From Felis catus (Eukaryota), in the NCBI RefSeq assembly GCF_018350175.1, contig NC_058368.1, forward strand, positions 30,630,001-30,694,000: a DNA stretch of 64,000 nt. The letters run 5' to 3'. This document shows, piece by piece, positions 12,977 to 24,830 of this stretch. The notes below the pieces were generated by a model, which was given only the letters and a program-made list of their open reading frames with translations, was not told where the DNA came from and searched no databases. Within the stretch, counting starts at the first letter, position 1; each line of letters opens with the position of its first letter. Position numbers and translations under genes: made by a program.

Positions 12977-14964
12977 AGGAGAGTGACATCAGCAGGATGA
13001 TAAAATGGGAAGTCCTATACCTGCCAACCAAGAATACTATATCTGATGAAACTGCCCTTCAAAGATGAAGGAGAACTAAAGATCTTCCCAGATAAACAAA
13101 AATGGAAGAAGTTTATTATGACTGGATCTGCCTTTAAGAATTGCTAAAGGGAGTCCTTCACATTGGAACAAAAGGCAACTAGAAAACAACACGAAAGCTT
13201 ATGATAATATAAAGATCTTTGATAAAGGAAAATGAACACATTTTAGACAAATGCAAATGTAGTGTCCTATGATATTATAATGGTTGTGCATAAGTCCCAT
13301 TTAATTGAGGCATAGAATTTAAAAAATAAAAGTGTAAAATAATAATAACCATAAAACTATATTAATGGATAGAAATTATTAAAAAATTATTTTTGATGTC
13401 AATAAAATAAAGTGGGGGCAGTGTAAAAGAGTTTATATATGTAATCAAAATTATCAGCTTAAAACAATTACAAAATGGCAATAGTAAGTCCTTCCCTATG
13501 ACTAATTACTTTAAATGTAAGTGGATCAAATTTTCCAATCAAGATACATAGAGTGACTGAATAGATAAAAGACAAGATCCAACTAAATGATGTCTTCAAG
13601 AGACTCACTTTACATCCAGGGACATACATAAGCTAAAAGTGAAAGAGTGGTAAAATATATTCCATGCAAATGGTAACCAAAAATAGGAGGGTAGCCATAC
13701 TTACTTACATCAGACAAGACTGACTTTAAGTAAAACAATGTTATGAGAAAAAAAGAAAATTATATAATACATTATCAATTCTCTAAGATGATACAACAAT
13801 TATAAATAAATATGCATCTAACAAGAGAGCTCCATGTATGTGAAGCAAACATTGACAGAATTAAAGGGATAAATAGACAGTCATCTAATGATAGTAGATC
13901 CTAACAACTAACTTTCAACAATGGATGCATCAGCTAGACAGAAGATCAGTAAGAACACAGGACTTGAACCAAAATTGTGGACCAATTGGACTTAACAGAC
14001 ATACGCAGAACACACATCCTTCTCAAATGTACATGGGACATTCCCCAGGAGAAATCACATGTTGTGCCACAAAACAAGTCTTAAATTTAAGAAGACTGAA
14101 ATCATATCAAGTCTTTTTCAACCTCAATGGAAGGAAACTAGAAATCAGTAGCAAAAGAAAAAACTGAAATATTCACCAGTGTGTGGAAATTAAACAACAT
14201 ACTCTTGAAAAACTAATGAGCCAAAAAGAAATCATGAGAGAAATAGAAAATATAATGAGACAAATGAGGATGAAAACATAACATACTAAAACTTATGAGA
14301 TGTAGTAAAAGCAATACTAAGAGGGAAATTTATGTGATAAATATCTACTTTAAAAGAAAAGAAAGATCTCAAATCAACAACCTAACTTTATACCTCAAGA
14401 ACTAAAAAAAGAATAACAAAATGAACCAAAAGTTAGCCTAAAGAAGGAAATAATAACATGACAATAACAGAAGTAAAACCAATAGAGAATAGAAAAAGAC
14501 AAAATGCCTGCTTTTTTAAAAGATCAAAACAATTTACATAACCTTAACTATACCAAAAAATAAAGAGAGAGGTTTAAAATAAAAGAAAATCAGAAATGAA
14601 AGAGGTGACTCTACAACGGATGCCACAGAACTAAAAGGAACATAACTATATATTTGTATATAGTATATACAAATATACTGTAATGAGATGGCTAAATTTC
14701 TAGAAACATACAATCCACCAAGATGACCTCATGAGGAAATAGAAAGTCTCAGTAGACTTATAACCAGTAAAGAGATTGATCGAATAATAATCAAAACACC
14801 TCACCACAGAAACCAGCCCAGGACCAGATGGTTTTGTGAAAGAGATGATTCTTTTTCTATTGTGTAGCTTTGGGACTCTTGTCAATCATGATCAAATGTA
14901 CTATACACTTACAGATGGCTAAGATTGTAAATTTTATGCTATGTGCTTACCAGAATAAAGAGAG
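12977..14964 (+). mobile_element. Rearranged L1MB-like LINE-1 (5' tip, ORF1 end, ORF2 N-terminus, short inversion, 3' tip)
   Basis: Decayed ORF2 endonuclease motifs (attactttaaatgtaagtgga = ITLNV.G; NGRKLEISSKRK in ORF 13925-14167; SPGPDGF at ~14816-14836); degenerate 16-bp TSD 12961-12976/14965-14980. Confidence 0.88.
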
Positions 14965-14980
14965 AAAAATAATTGAAGAC

Positions 14981-15640
14981 GTAACTGAAAGAATAAAAAA
15001 GAAAAAGAACCTAAAAAAAATAACACAAGTGTAGAATGGTAAGTAAAAGACCACACTGAACTTTTAAACTCAAGAATATTGCCATTGAAATTTAAAACAC
15101 AAAAGTGGGTCAAACAGAAGATTATATTGAGCTGAAGAGTGAATTAGTAAACTGGGAAACAGACTGTAGAGGTTACACAGAATAGAGCAGAGTGAGATTC
15201 AGAGATGGAAAATATGAACAGTTCAGAGACGTGGAGGAGATAACGAGATGTTTATCAAATATCTGACTGAGTTTCTGGAAGAGGAAAGCAGGGATGAGGA
15301 AAGTACAAGACTTCAAGAGGTAAATTGTTAGAAAATTGCTGAAAGACATGATTACTCAAATTTAGGAAATACAAAGAATTCCAAGTGGATTAAAGATGAG
15401 TAAATCCACACCCTGACACAGGTTATTTAGATTGTATAACCCTACAGGCAAAATAAAGGTCCTCTGAGCAAAGAAAAAAAAAGATAGATCTTAACAGGAA
15501 GCGAAGACATCTGCAAAGAAATAACAAACTTCTTTATCTAAAAAGGAAAATTAGAAGCCATAAAAAATTTAAGATCTTCAAGAGACTAACATAAACTAAA
15601 AAATGAATGTAAAATAAGTTATAGAATTCAGGAGTAGATT
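14981..15640 (+). mobile_element. Ancient HAL1/L1 ORF1 remnant (probably continuous with ~12500-12960 and ~17020-17290)
   Basis: gctgaagagtgaattagtaaactgg, gagatggaaaatatgaa, taaatccacacc ORF1-like blocks. Confidence 0.6.
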
Positions 15641-15689
15641 TGGACAAGAACTATTTTAATGTAATTCCTTCTGATTTTTGAAAGAGGCC

Positions 15690-16982
15690 ATGAAGTAAGT
15701 GAGAAGGCAAGCCACAGATGAATACTTACACTGATAAGCGACTGACATCCAGAATAGGTACAGAATTCCTACAAATGCACAAGGGAAAAAACAAACAACC
15801 CACTAGAGTAAAAAAGACAAATTTCCTTAAAAGGGATGCAACTAAAGAAGATGGCCAATGGGCCAATTAACATGTTCATAGATACAAAAATAGTATGTTC
15901 ATAGGTACAAATCATCACTGAAATTCAAACTAAAACCACAATGCACAGCCGTCAAAATAGTTAAAATTGAAAGAAAAGAAAAACAACTGACAAGTGTTAG
16001 AGAATCTGTTGATCAATTAGAACACTCTGTAGAGGAAAACAAAATGTATTTCAGTGAAAAACTATGTGTTGTCTAGAGGACACTCCTGTAAGTCATTTGA
16101 TTCTGGGTTTTGCTTGTCTTTAAGCTATTTTACAACAATGCTTCGTCTACAAGGGGCATGCTCTTTCTGGTTCGCTGATTCTATTTCTGTTTATTCTCTT
16201 TGAACTATTTTCAACGCGACATGAAAATGTTTTCCTTTAGATTCTCTTTCAACCTCATTATAGCATGGGCCTGCTTCTCTCGCTGAATTTGTTAAATAAA
16301 ATGTTTAACGTGTTCGTTTTTCTATCTGCACGAGAGTCATAACTTTATCCTATTTTGAATGTCGTCTTTTGATCCGTTACACTTCTGGTGGAAGTATGAA
16401 ATGGTAAAACCAGCAGTATTAAATGAAGTGAACACATTCATATAATATGTATATATCTCTACAGAATATGTACATACATGCATCAAAGACAGAGACAAGA
16501 ATGTTCATGTTGAGTTTTATTTGTAGTAGTTTATGACCAGAAACAATTCAAATGCATACAACACAATGGTGAAACAAATCGTATTATAATTAGGCAATGA
16601 AATCTATGTGTCAGTGATAATTAAAATGAACAACAACAAAAAGAAACCCTGTGTAAAACATAAACGGATACTGTACTCATGACATGGAATGAAAGAAGCC
16701 CAAATAAAAAACTGTATGAAAAATTCTACTTACATAAAGTTAAAAAATAGGCGGATCTCATCTATGGTGTTAGAAGTAATTACCCACTGATGACTAGAGT
16801 TGTTTGGAGCCAGGGGAGTAGTAACTGAAATGGGGCATGAGGAAGGATTCTGGGGTGGTAGTAATGTTCTACTCCTTGCCCTGGTTTCAGTTATATTGAC
16901 ATGTTCCCTGAACAAAAATGTACCAAGCTACATGTGTCTGTTTCACATGCATTTCTAAACGGGTGGTACTCCAACTAAATAG
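15690..16982 (+). mobile_element. L1ME-type ORF2 end and 3' UTR, split by an LTR-like insert
   Basis: aaggcaagccacaga, taaaaccacaatg, ctggtggaagtatgaaatggt, tctatggtgttagaagt, ggggcatgaggaaggattctgggg blocks. Confidence 0.8.
16028..16381 (+). mobile_element. LTR-like insertion (~354 bp), family not recognised
   Basis: Cleanly interrupts L1ME, TG...CA ends, aataaa ~85 bp from the 3' end, CpG-rich; TSD not clean. Confidence 0.6.
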
Positions 16983-18559
16983 TGTATGTATTTGTGTATA
17001 TGCTACATAGATATGTTAAAAAGTGGATAAAATAAAAACATTTTTAGACAAAAGTATATGACCCAGAGACTTGAGCTGAAAAAAAGTATTAAAATATGTA
17101 TCAGTAAGAAGAATATTCTACTTGGAAGGCATGAGATGCAAGAAACAATACTGGGCAGTTATCTTTAACACGAAGGCTAAGTATTGGTCACTGGTGTTCA
17201 GGTTATGAGAGTATAAACAGGGCAGAGCTAAAACACAGAGTAATAATAGCACATATGACAGAAGGAAGTTATGAGAATTAAATTTATCCTTAGGTTAAGC
17301 CACAGGCTCTATCCCAGTGCACCGGTTCATTGCTCTTGACCTTACATTTACAATCGCATTTGTGCTCTCTGCTCCACTGAACCTCTTCTGCTTCCCAGGT
17401 TGCCCTCCCTCAGGCCATCTCGGTTTACTCCCACCCGCTCTTAGCCCCCAGGATCCTCATCAGTGCCAAGCCCCAGATTCTCTGTTCCCTTCTCCAAGAG
17501 GTGTGTCAGAAACAGGATAGTTATGAATACTGACTTCTGTGCAGTTCCGAAAACCCGTCATGCTCTCTGCAATTTCCCACTTGAGCTTTGGCACTGATTT
17601 CCTGTTCCCCTAAGAGTGCCAGGAAACACTTTAGGGTTATACAAATTTAACCATCGCAGCAGCAGCTGCTTCGGAGCGTTTTACTTTGTTGTTCTCTCTG
17701 TTGTCGTCATTGTTGCCATTACTTACCTCTCATAGCTTCTGTCAATTAAGGTATGGATGATAAATGGACAGTGAATGATTCTATGTAGGCCAAAGAAGAT
17801 TTTCTTTGTTCTTGGAATGAGACTTACTCTGCTGAAGTTTGCTCTGCTTAAATCACTGGCACAGCAAAATCACCGAAGCATTCTCTGGAGGAGTTGAGGG
17901 TTCTCTATTCTGCACAGGCTGCTTTTGAGTTATTGATACGGTGCGACAGAACAGGTGGTTGAGACGTTTGTTGGTATCATTCATTAAGGCACATATCCTT
18001 GTACTTTCTGGGGAATATTTGAAAGCCATATGTGAATAATTTTTGGACTTTTCAGTCAATTTGGCTCATATGTGTTGCTGCTCCCAACCATTCATGCAGA
18101 TATCAAAAATTGTCTAGAAAATTATTCTGAGAATTCTTAGCTGCACTCAAGGCAAGGTTTGTAAGATGAGAAACGTGTTTGTTTTGTGGGGATCTTCACT
18201 GAAATGTGGATGCAATATTGTCGTGAAACTATCCTGAGAGTAAACATTAAATTAAATCATGCAAAAATTTCTATTTGACCATGTTGATCTATAAAAACAG
18301 GAATTCTATGAATAGTAAAAGCAAATATATGCTCATTAATATTTTACTCAGAAAATGAAATCATAGGATCACAACTTATATTTTGTTTACATATACCTGA
18401 AGTATTTTTCTAACATTATTTTTCAGAGGGTAGTGGCCAGTTTTCAGGTGGGGAGACTCTCTGTGGCATGAATTTAATTGAGAGAGAAACAGACTGAGAC
18501 AAAGCTTTATCCAAATTTTCTTGCATGAATTCTGAAAGTTCTATTAATTGTCCCTATGC

Positions 18560-18680
18560 CTTGACAGATAGGGAAGATAGAGACTTGTCTATTCCCTTTC
18601 ACTTTGAATCGTTAGCACCCAGAGGAGCTCAGAACTAGTAGATAGTCAATCAATATTAGCATGGATACACAAATGAGTGC
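18560..18680 (+). mobile_element. L2 3' end fragment
   Basis: agagacttgtc...agtagatagtcaatcaatattagcatgg resembles L2 terminus. Confidence 0.45.
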
Positions 18681-19129
18681 CTTTATTTTTTATAGCCAGT
18701 GACTCGGAAGATGAAAAGAAACTCATTAATTAAGCACCACCATATTCTAGGCACTCTTTACTTTGTAATATTTATTAGAATTCCTTATCACAAAAGCAAT
18801 ATATTTTTATTATAAACAACTTCAAACATTCCAGAAAGCTGTAACAGAAAATGAAAGTCCATCTAATCTGGTTCCCAAGGTAACCATTGTTTACATGTTG
18901 TAGATCTTCCCCTGGCTTTTTTAGATTATGTATGTTCGCATACTATACATTTCAAGTCTTCCTGAAAACCCAAATCCAAGCTATTGACTTGGGCTTAGTA
19001 TTGCTTTGCTCTATCATCATTGGAGTCCTTTTCTCTTTGCCCAACAGTAAAGTTCAACTCCTTCTTCTCAGAAATGATGGAAAGTCTTGAGGACAAGCCT
19101 TATAAATAAGATCCAGAGACTTGGTTCTC

Positions 19130-19250
19130 TCATCCTCACAATATCCCTAAGAGCAGGCATTTTTAACCACTTCCTTAGTGAAAAAACTCCAGGATATCAA
19201 GGGACTTGCCAGAGGTCACACAGCTGGTTGAACTCTGAGCTTGCCTCACT
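19130..19250 (-). mobile_element. MIR fragment
   Basis: atcctcacaatatccct...aagggacttgccagaggtcacacagctgg. Confidence 0.6.
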
Positions 19251-21968
19251 GAAGTATCTCATGTACCATGGATTTGGGCTTGTCTTTTCTATATAGTAGC
19301 AAAATCCAAAATAAAAAGGTCTTAGTTGCTCTAGACCTCCAGAGTTAGTGTTAAATTATCCATGTACATGGAATGGTTGAGTAAAGTTTGCTCTTAAAGT
19401 TTGTTTCACATTTGTTGTAAGCTGAGAACAGTGTTTGAATTTGAATTCAAATGTCAACACTTTAGTTTCATTTAAAATAATCGAAGAGAAAACCCACACG
19501 GTCCAGTTTGGTGGGATAAAGGCAGCGTCTGGCACCAGTAGAGTAGAAATATGTAGATTTGTTTGAAAACTTATGTCACAGTAGCATAAGTTAAATTATT
19601 AAAAATTATCTTCAGAGAAGAAAACTTTAAATTATATGCCTTAAGAAAAGATACATCATAAAATAAAGTAATAAATTAATTGGATTAAAGGCGTAAAGAA
19701 CGTAAAGATTTATCTAGAAACCCAGAGCTTTGCAAATTCTCCTCTAACTGGTAAAGGTTTTGTTTCTGTCTTCCCGAAGGAACCTTTGAATTCCCTCTTA
19801 ACAACCTTTGTGCACAAAATGTGAAAACATTTATTTGTAAATAAAAATCACTTCACTGACTCTTGCACATTTTAGAAATGCCATTGATGCCTGGGTATCT
19901 CTAGGTCAACGTGAGAGCTAGTTTGATGAAAGAAAGGATACCTAAAGCCGTTACAAAAGAAAAATGGTGACTCATTCGAAACCTTTCGAAACAGAAAGCT
20001 GTAGGAGGCTGCCTAATCATTTGTCTTACAAACAGAGCATATGTTCACATACCGGTGTCTTATAAACCTGAAGGCATCAGCTGCATTTGTCACGAACTCC
20101 AACCCAATATTTGTCTTCAATCATTTTTAACCCGAGAGGCCTGGATGATACAAACCCAATTTAAAGGCTAACAAAATTGTCTTCCCCTCTCTGTATTGCA
20201 ACAAGTTATATACCTCATATAAAGAGGGAGGCCTTTACACTCGCTCTGATCCTGCAGCGGCTTATTTTGTCTCAGCTTTTCAATAATCGTCTAACAACCA
20301 TTGTGCCAAATATTTAGATGTGTTCAGGACGCCCGGTTTGTAGAATCGTTTTGTGTGTCCCCTCTCCCCACTCCGTCTAAGTTGTGCTGTGGCCATTTTT
20401 ATTTTCTCTGGTGCAAAGAGAAACCCCAAGTGATTGGCCAGACATACAATTAATATGTCCGAATTGGTAATGGGTTCAAAGTGGCAGCACAGCAGGAGAC
20501 CCTGCGCCTGGATTTCGCAGATAGAGAGGCCTCCCAAAAGTTCAGACCAGGGGAAGATTTCCAGTCTCTCAGCATCTCACATGTACATACAACTACCTAG
20601 CCCATGGCGCCGTTGTGGGGATTAAATCAAAGAATATAACACAAAACATAATTGTGTCACCTATGTGAATTTCCTTTTTCCTCCACGGATGTCGATTTGA
20701 TTAGCTTCCACTTGACAAAAATAGTCAGAAATAGTCAAAAATAGTTGACCTTTTCCTTTTCCTGAAAGGGATAGGAAGTAGAATCTCCTGGATTTTAGCC
20801 TACCAGGTTTTTATGCTTGCCAAAATAAATTACAGAGATAGTTTGGCTCTATCTTGAAGATAGAGCACTAAGAAATTGGGTCCATCGCCGTCATTTTCCT
20901 CTCAGATTCCTCTCATCTGTCACAACACAGTAGTTATGAAAAATGAAACCATAAATTCAATTTAGAGGGCAATTTGCAGCTAATCTTTGGAGTAATTCCA
21001 GTGTGAATAATGCAACAATTTGGATGCATGGTCAGTCAATTCAGCCCCGATTTATTAGTATTTAAGAAATCTTTCTTTCATTAATGAAAATTATTAAACA
21101 AGAGAAAATAATTTCACCAAAATTCTCTACCTTCCTATCAGTGCTTCCAGTTCTGAAAGATGGCTACATTGTTTGTTGAAATCATGATGACAAATACAAG
21201 CTTTTGGGTTGTTATTTAAGACACAAGATGTGTTTATATTTTGCACAATAATTCTTTCTAGGTCTTGAGTGAACTGTTCAACCCTAGGTTATATCTGCCT
21301 TTTTTCTCTCATATCATTCCCATTAGAGTTAACATTTTGAATATCTCAGCAGAAGGACCCTGGGATTTGCTATTGATTTCCCACACTCCTTACACCTTGA
21401 AGGATGTATTAAAATCTAGTTGCAAAAAGAATGACATTTTTGTTCATGTCTAAGAGTCGAGTTTATCTGAGATTTTTCCTGGTTATTAAAACTCTGCATT
21501 TTGACACATCCAATATACTCTGAGTCAGTGAACTTACAAGCATATGTTTAAATAGAAGGTAACATCACATTAAAACCTATAAAGAACAGTTCTTAGAAAA
21601 TGTTCACACTCCTTTTCTGTGCTGTATTTTATTGCATGGGCTTTAACTGTTAATGTATTTAAATATATAAACAGGTATTTCAAAACAAAGCAAAACAAAA
21701 CAGAGATGTAATGTCTTCTCTTAAAAATGCTTTTTTTTTTTTGCTTCATTATTTAAAAAAAAAAAAAAGCTTATTTCATATTCATTCCCCCCTCTCTATT
21801 TAACCACGTAAAAGTCAGGGCCGTGAATTGTCCAGATTTTGTATTATTCCATTAAGCAGGGACAGTACTTGCATTCCTAGACAAATAAAATCCCCTTCAG
21901 TTTTGGCATTTAAATGAAGTAAACAAGACGTGAGAAATGGCCTCAAGGTTGTTGTGGTGAGCCATAAC

Positions 21969-22034
21969 TCACCTAGAACACAGGTGTTGTATAATGCAAG
22001 GTCACCTATAACACAGGTGTTGTATAATGCAAGG
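21969..22034. repeat. 33-bp tandem duplication, 2 copies, 1 mismatch
   Basis: tcaccta[g/t]aacacaggtgttgtataatgcaagg x2. Confidence 0.98.
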
Positions 22035-22486
22035 ACAGAGGGCGGAGGGCGTGTACTTGAAAGATGCCATTGTTACGCTGGCCAATAGAGCTCTGGATAT
22101 TATAGTGTTCCATTGTATGCAACGTAATCTAAATTGCAGACTGCTCAACTTTACCATGAAGTTTAGCCAGAGGGTATATATTGTAACCCTTTATGCACAG
22201 TAGGTATTCCATAAATGCTGAGCAGAATCAAGACTTTGAAGGGAGAGAGCACATGAACATCTTTCTTACAGTCTGACTTCAAATCACATGAGTTGATAGT
22301 GCTAAGTCCAGGTGATGTCTGTTAAAAACAAAAACAAACAACAACAACAAATCAAAAAAACAGACAAAAATCCAAACCAGCCCTAGGGCAGTTGTTCAGG
22401 ACATCCATTGAGGCATCCATTAAGCTCATTAGCAGAGGGTAGGTATGCTTCCCCTTTGTAAGAATCTTGCTCTTGAATGTAGATTC

Positions 22487-22516
22487 AAGGTACAGAAGGT
22501 ACAGAAGGTACAGAAG
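22487..22516. repeat. 9-bp tandem repeat (aaggtacag) x3.3
   Basis: Direct reading. Confidence 0.97.
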
Positions 22517-22639
22517 ACCCTTACACTTGAACTCTCCACACATTTGTTTGCCCTGTTGCTGCAATTCTTTCTTGGATATTGTCTCTTGACTCTCTTTTTA
22601 AATTAAGTTAAATTAATTGATTAATTCATGTGATGATAT

Positions 22640-22862
22640 TGATGGATTAATTAAAATTCCTGTTAGTTAACACACATTGGTTTCAGAAGTAGAATTCAGT
22701 AATTCATCACTTGCATACAATACCCAGTGCTCATCACAACAAGTGCCCTCCTTAATACCCATCACCCATTTAGCTCATCGCCCCCCTCCTCCCTCCATCA
22801 ACCCTCAGTTTGTCCTCTATCCTTAAGAGTTTCTTTTGATTTGTTCCCCTCTCTTCTCTTCT
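22640..22862 (-). mobile_element. Carnivore L1 3' end
   Basis: cccagtgctcatcacaacaagtgccctccttaatacccatcaccc and caaccctcagtttgt = antisense L1_Carn 3' UTR. Confidence 0.9.
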
Positions 22863-23186
22863 TTGGGGTTGAGGATAAACCTAGAGCAGAGAGGAGAGGC
22901 AGATGTACTTCTACACCTCTATATTTAGCAGGGCATTGGCCTCAGCTCTGCCATTTCTCACCTGCCATGAGGTAAAGGTCAATTCTTTTGCTGGATCAGG
23001 GGTTCCACCCTAACTTCATCTCCTCCAAATAGCACAGCTTTAAAAAAAAAAAAAAATCCCCCATCCATAATGGTATCTGTACTCTCTTCACTTTCATATT
23101 GTGGAGATGACATGATATTCTACCAGAAACCCATTTTTTTTTTTTGAAGTGCTGACTCCTTTATACCTAATTATTTGCATGACTGG

Positions 23187-23402
23187 TTTTTTTTTTTTTT
23201 ACGCTTATTTATTTTTGAGACAGAGAGACAGAACATGAATGGGGGAGGGTCAGAGAGAGAGAGGGAGACACAGAATCCGAAACAGGCTCCAGGCTCTGAG
23301 CTGTCAGCACAGAGCCCGACCCGGGGCTCGAACTCACCAACCACGAGATCATGACCTGAGCTGAAGTCGAACGCTCAACCGACTGAGCCACCCAGGCGCC
23401 CC
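23187..23402 (-). mobile_element. Carnivore SINE (SINEC_Fc type)
   Basis: Full-length, CpG-retaining; TSD tgcatgactg at 23176-23185 and 23403-23412. Confidence 0.98.
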
Positions 23403-23660
23403 TGCATGACTGTTTTAAGTTTTAATTTATACACTATTTCTCTGCTTAGAAAGGAAGCACAACTTTGTTTTTTGTTTTTTGTTTTTTTTTTTTAATTTTT
23501 TTTTTATTTTCTGTCACCCACAACACAAAAACAAAAAAGCACCCTGGTAGCTGAAAACTTAAGAAATTTACACTTCCCATTATATCAGAAGAAAATACTT
23601 CTTCCTAGGCTTTCAATTATACAGGACCGTACTCCCTACAGCACCTGAGAATGAAAATGC

Positions 23661-23790
23661 CCAATCAGGACAGGAAATGTTGGAGGTGGAGATTTCCTGG
23701 CCAATCAGATCACTGGTAGGTCTTCAAATTTGGTCCAGGCAGCTCAGAGGTGCCTTCTCTTCCTGGGACCTGTGTAAGACTGGTATGTTT
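23661..23790 (+). promoter_or_regulatory. Candidate promoter module: two CCAATCAG boxes enclosing an inverted ETS-motif pair, followed by a splice-donor-like site
   Basis: CCAATCAG at 23661 and 23701; CAGGAAAT 23671-23678 and ATTTCCTG 23692-23699; CTG|GTATGT at 23780-23788. Motifs only. Confidence 0.3.
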
Positions 23791-24429
23791 TTGTTTGTTT
23801 TGGCCTTCCTGGTACTTGCATTAACTTCTGTATTTGGATATCTGAGTAACTTTGTGAAGCATTATTTACCCTACCTACAATCCTGTCGGTTTATTTTATT
23901 TACTTATTTTATTTTTAAAGTGGGAGTTAACATGTCTGCTTATTTGATTAGCTAAGTTTAGCTCTTTAAAGGGAAAAAAAATAGTTGTTTGCTTGGTCTA
24001 CTACAGTAGTGCTTTTTTTTTTTTTTCTTTTTTCTTTTTTTCCCCCTTGCCTATTCGAGTAGGTGTGTTAATTCAAACAAGTTCGAAATGTTCATATTGC
24101 ATCTCGGGCTTAATTTCTCTTAACCTTTTAGGTAAAACACACAACATTTGCATTTATTCCAGCAAAGACCTGTCCCTCTGTGCTGTTTCCAAACATCATA
24201 CCCTTTAGTTAGAGCTAAGTAGGTCATGATTTTTATTATGCTTTTATCATTGTATTTACATGTGTTTAATATTCTGATTGCCTCTCTAAACTTCTTTGAG
24301 TTTATAGACAGGGTATAATTAACTTGGGGGCACTAGGAATTTTTATAGTGTGTGATACATAGTAGGTAATCAATGGCTTTGAGTTGCAATCTTGTGAGTA
24401 TAACAGCTTCCAGGTGATACGTACTGGGA

Positions 24430-24830
24430 TCCTTTCAATTCAAAGTGTGTTGTGTGGTCTGTCCCTCAGGAAGAGCAACATCCTCTGGGAGCTTGTTACA
24501 AATGCAGAATGGCAAGCTCCACCCCGGACCTACTGAATCAGAATGTGCATTTAGCAGGGCATCTGAGTAAACCTGGCCTACCTGGTACTTACTCCACCCA
24601 CCGACCCCCCCCACCCAGGTCCCCAAGTGATTTCTATAAAGGTTTAACAACACTGTTAGAAATCTGTAAGTCAGTGGTTCTGCAAGTGTGGACCCTCAAC
24701 CAGCAGGCTTAACATCCCCTGTGAACTTTAACAGGGCAAGTGCTCGGTCTAAGCTCAGCTGTATGGAATTAGAGACTGATGGCGCAAAGCGAGATCTTCA
24801 GAGGATTCTGTTGCAGGCTCAAGTTTGAGT
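24430..24830 (+). mobile_element. Two adjacent MER5-family (hAT-Charlie) elements
   Basis: gggagcttgttacaaatgcagaat...gacctactgaatcagaat (first copy to ~24655); cagtggttctgcaagtgtggacc...ctcaagtttgag (second from ~24672). Confidence 0.8.

Noticed and set aside
13925..14167. ORF with L1 ORF2-like residues
   Set aside because: Frameshifted remnant of a dead L1, not a functional CDS
21969..22034. CRISPR-like 33-bp repeat
   Set aside because: Only two adjacent copies, no spacer, mammalian context
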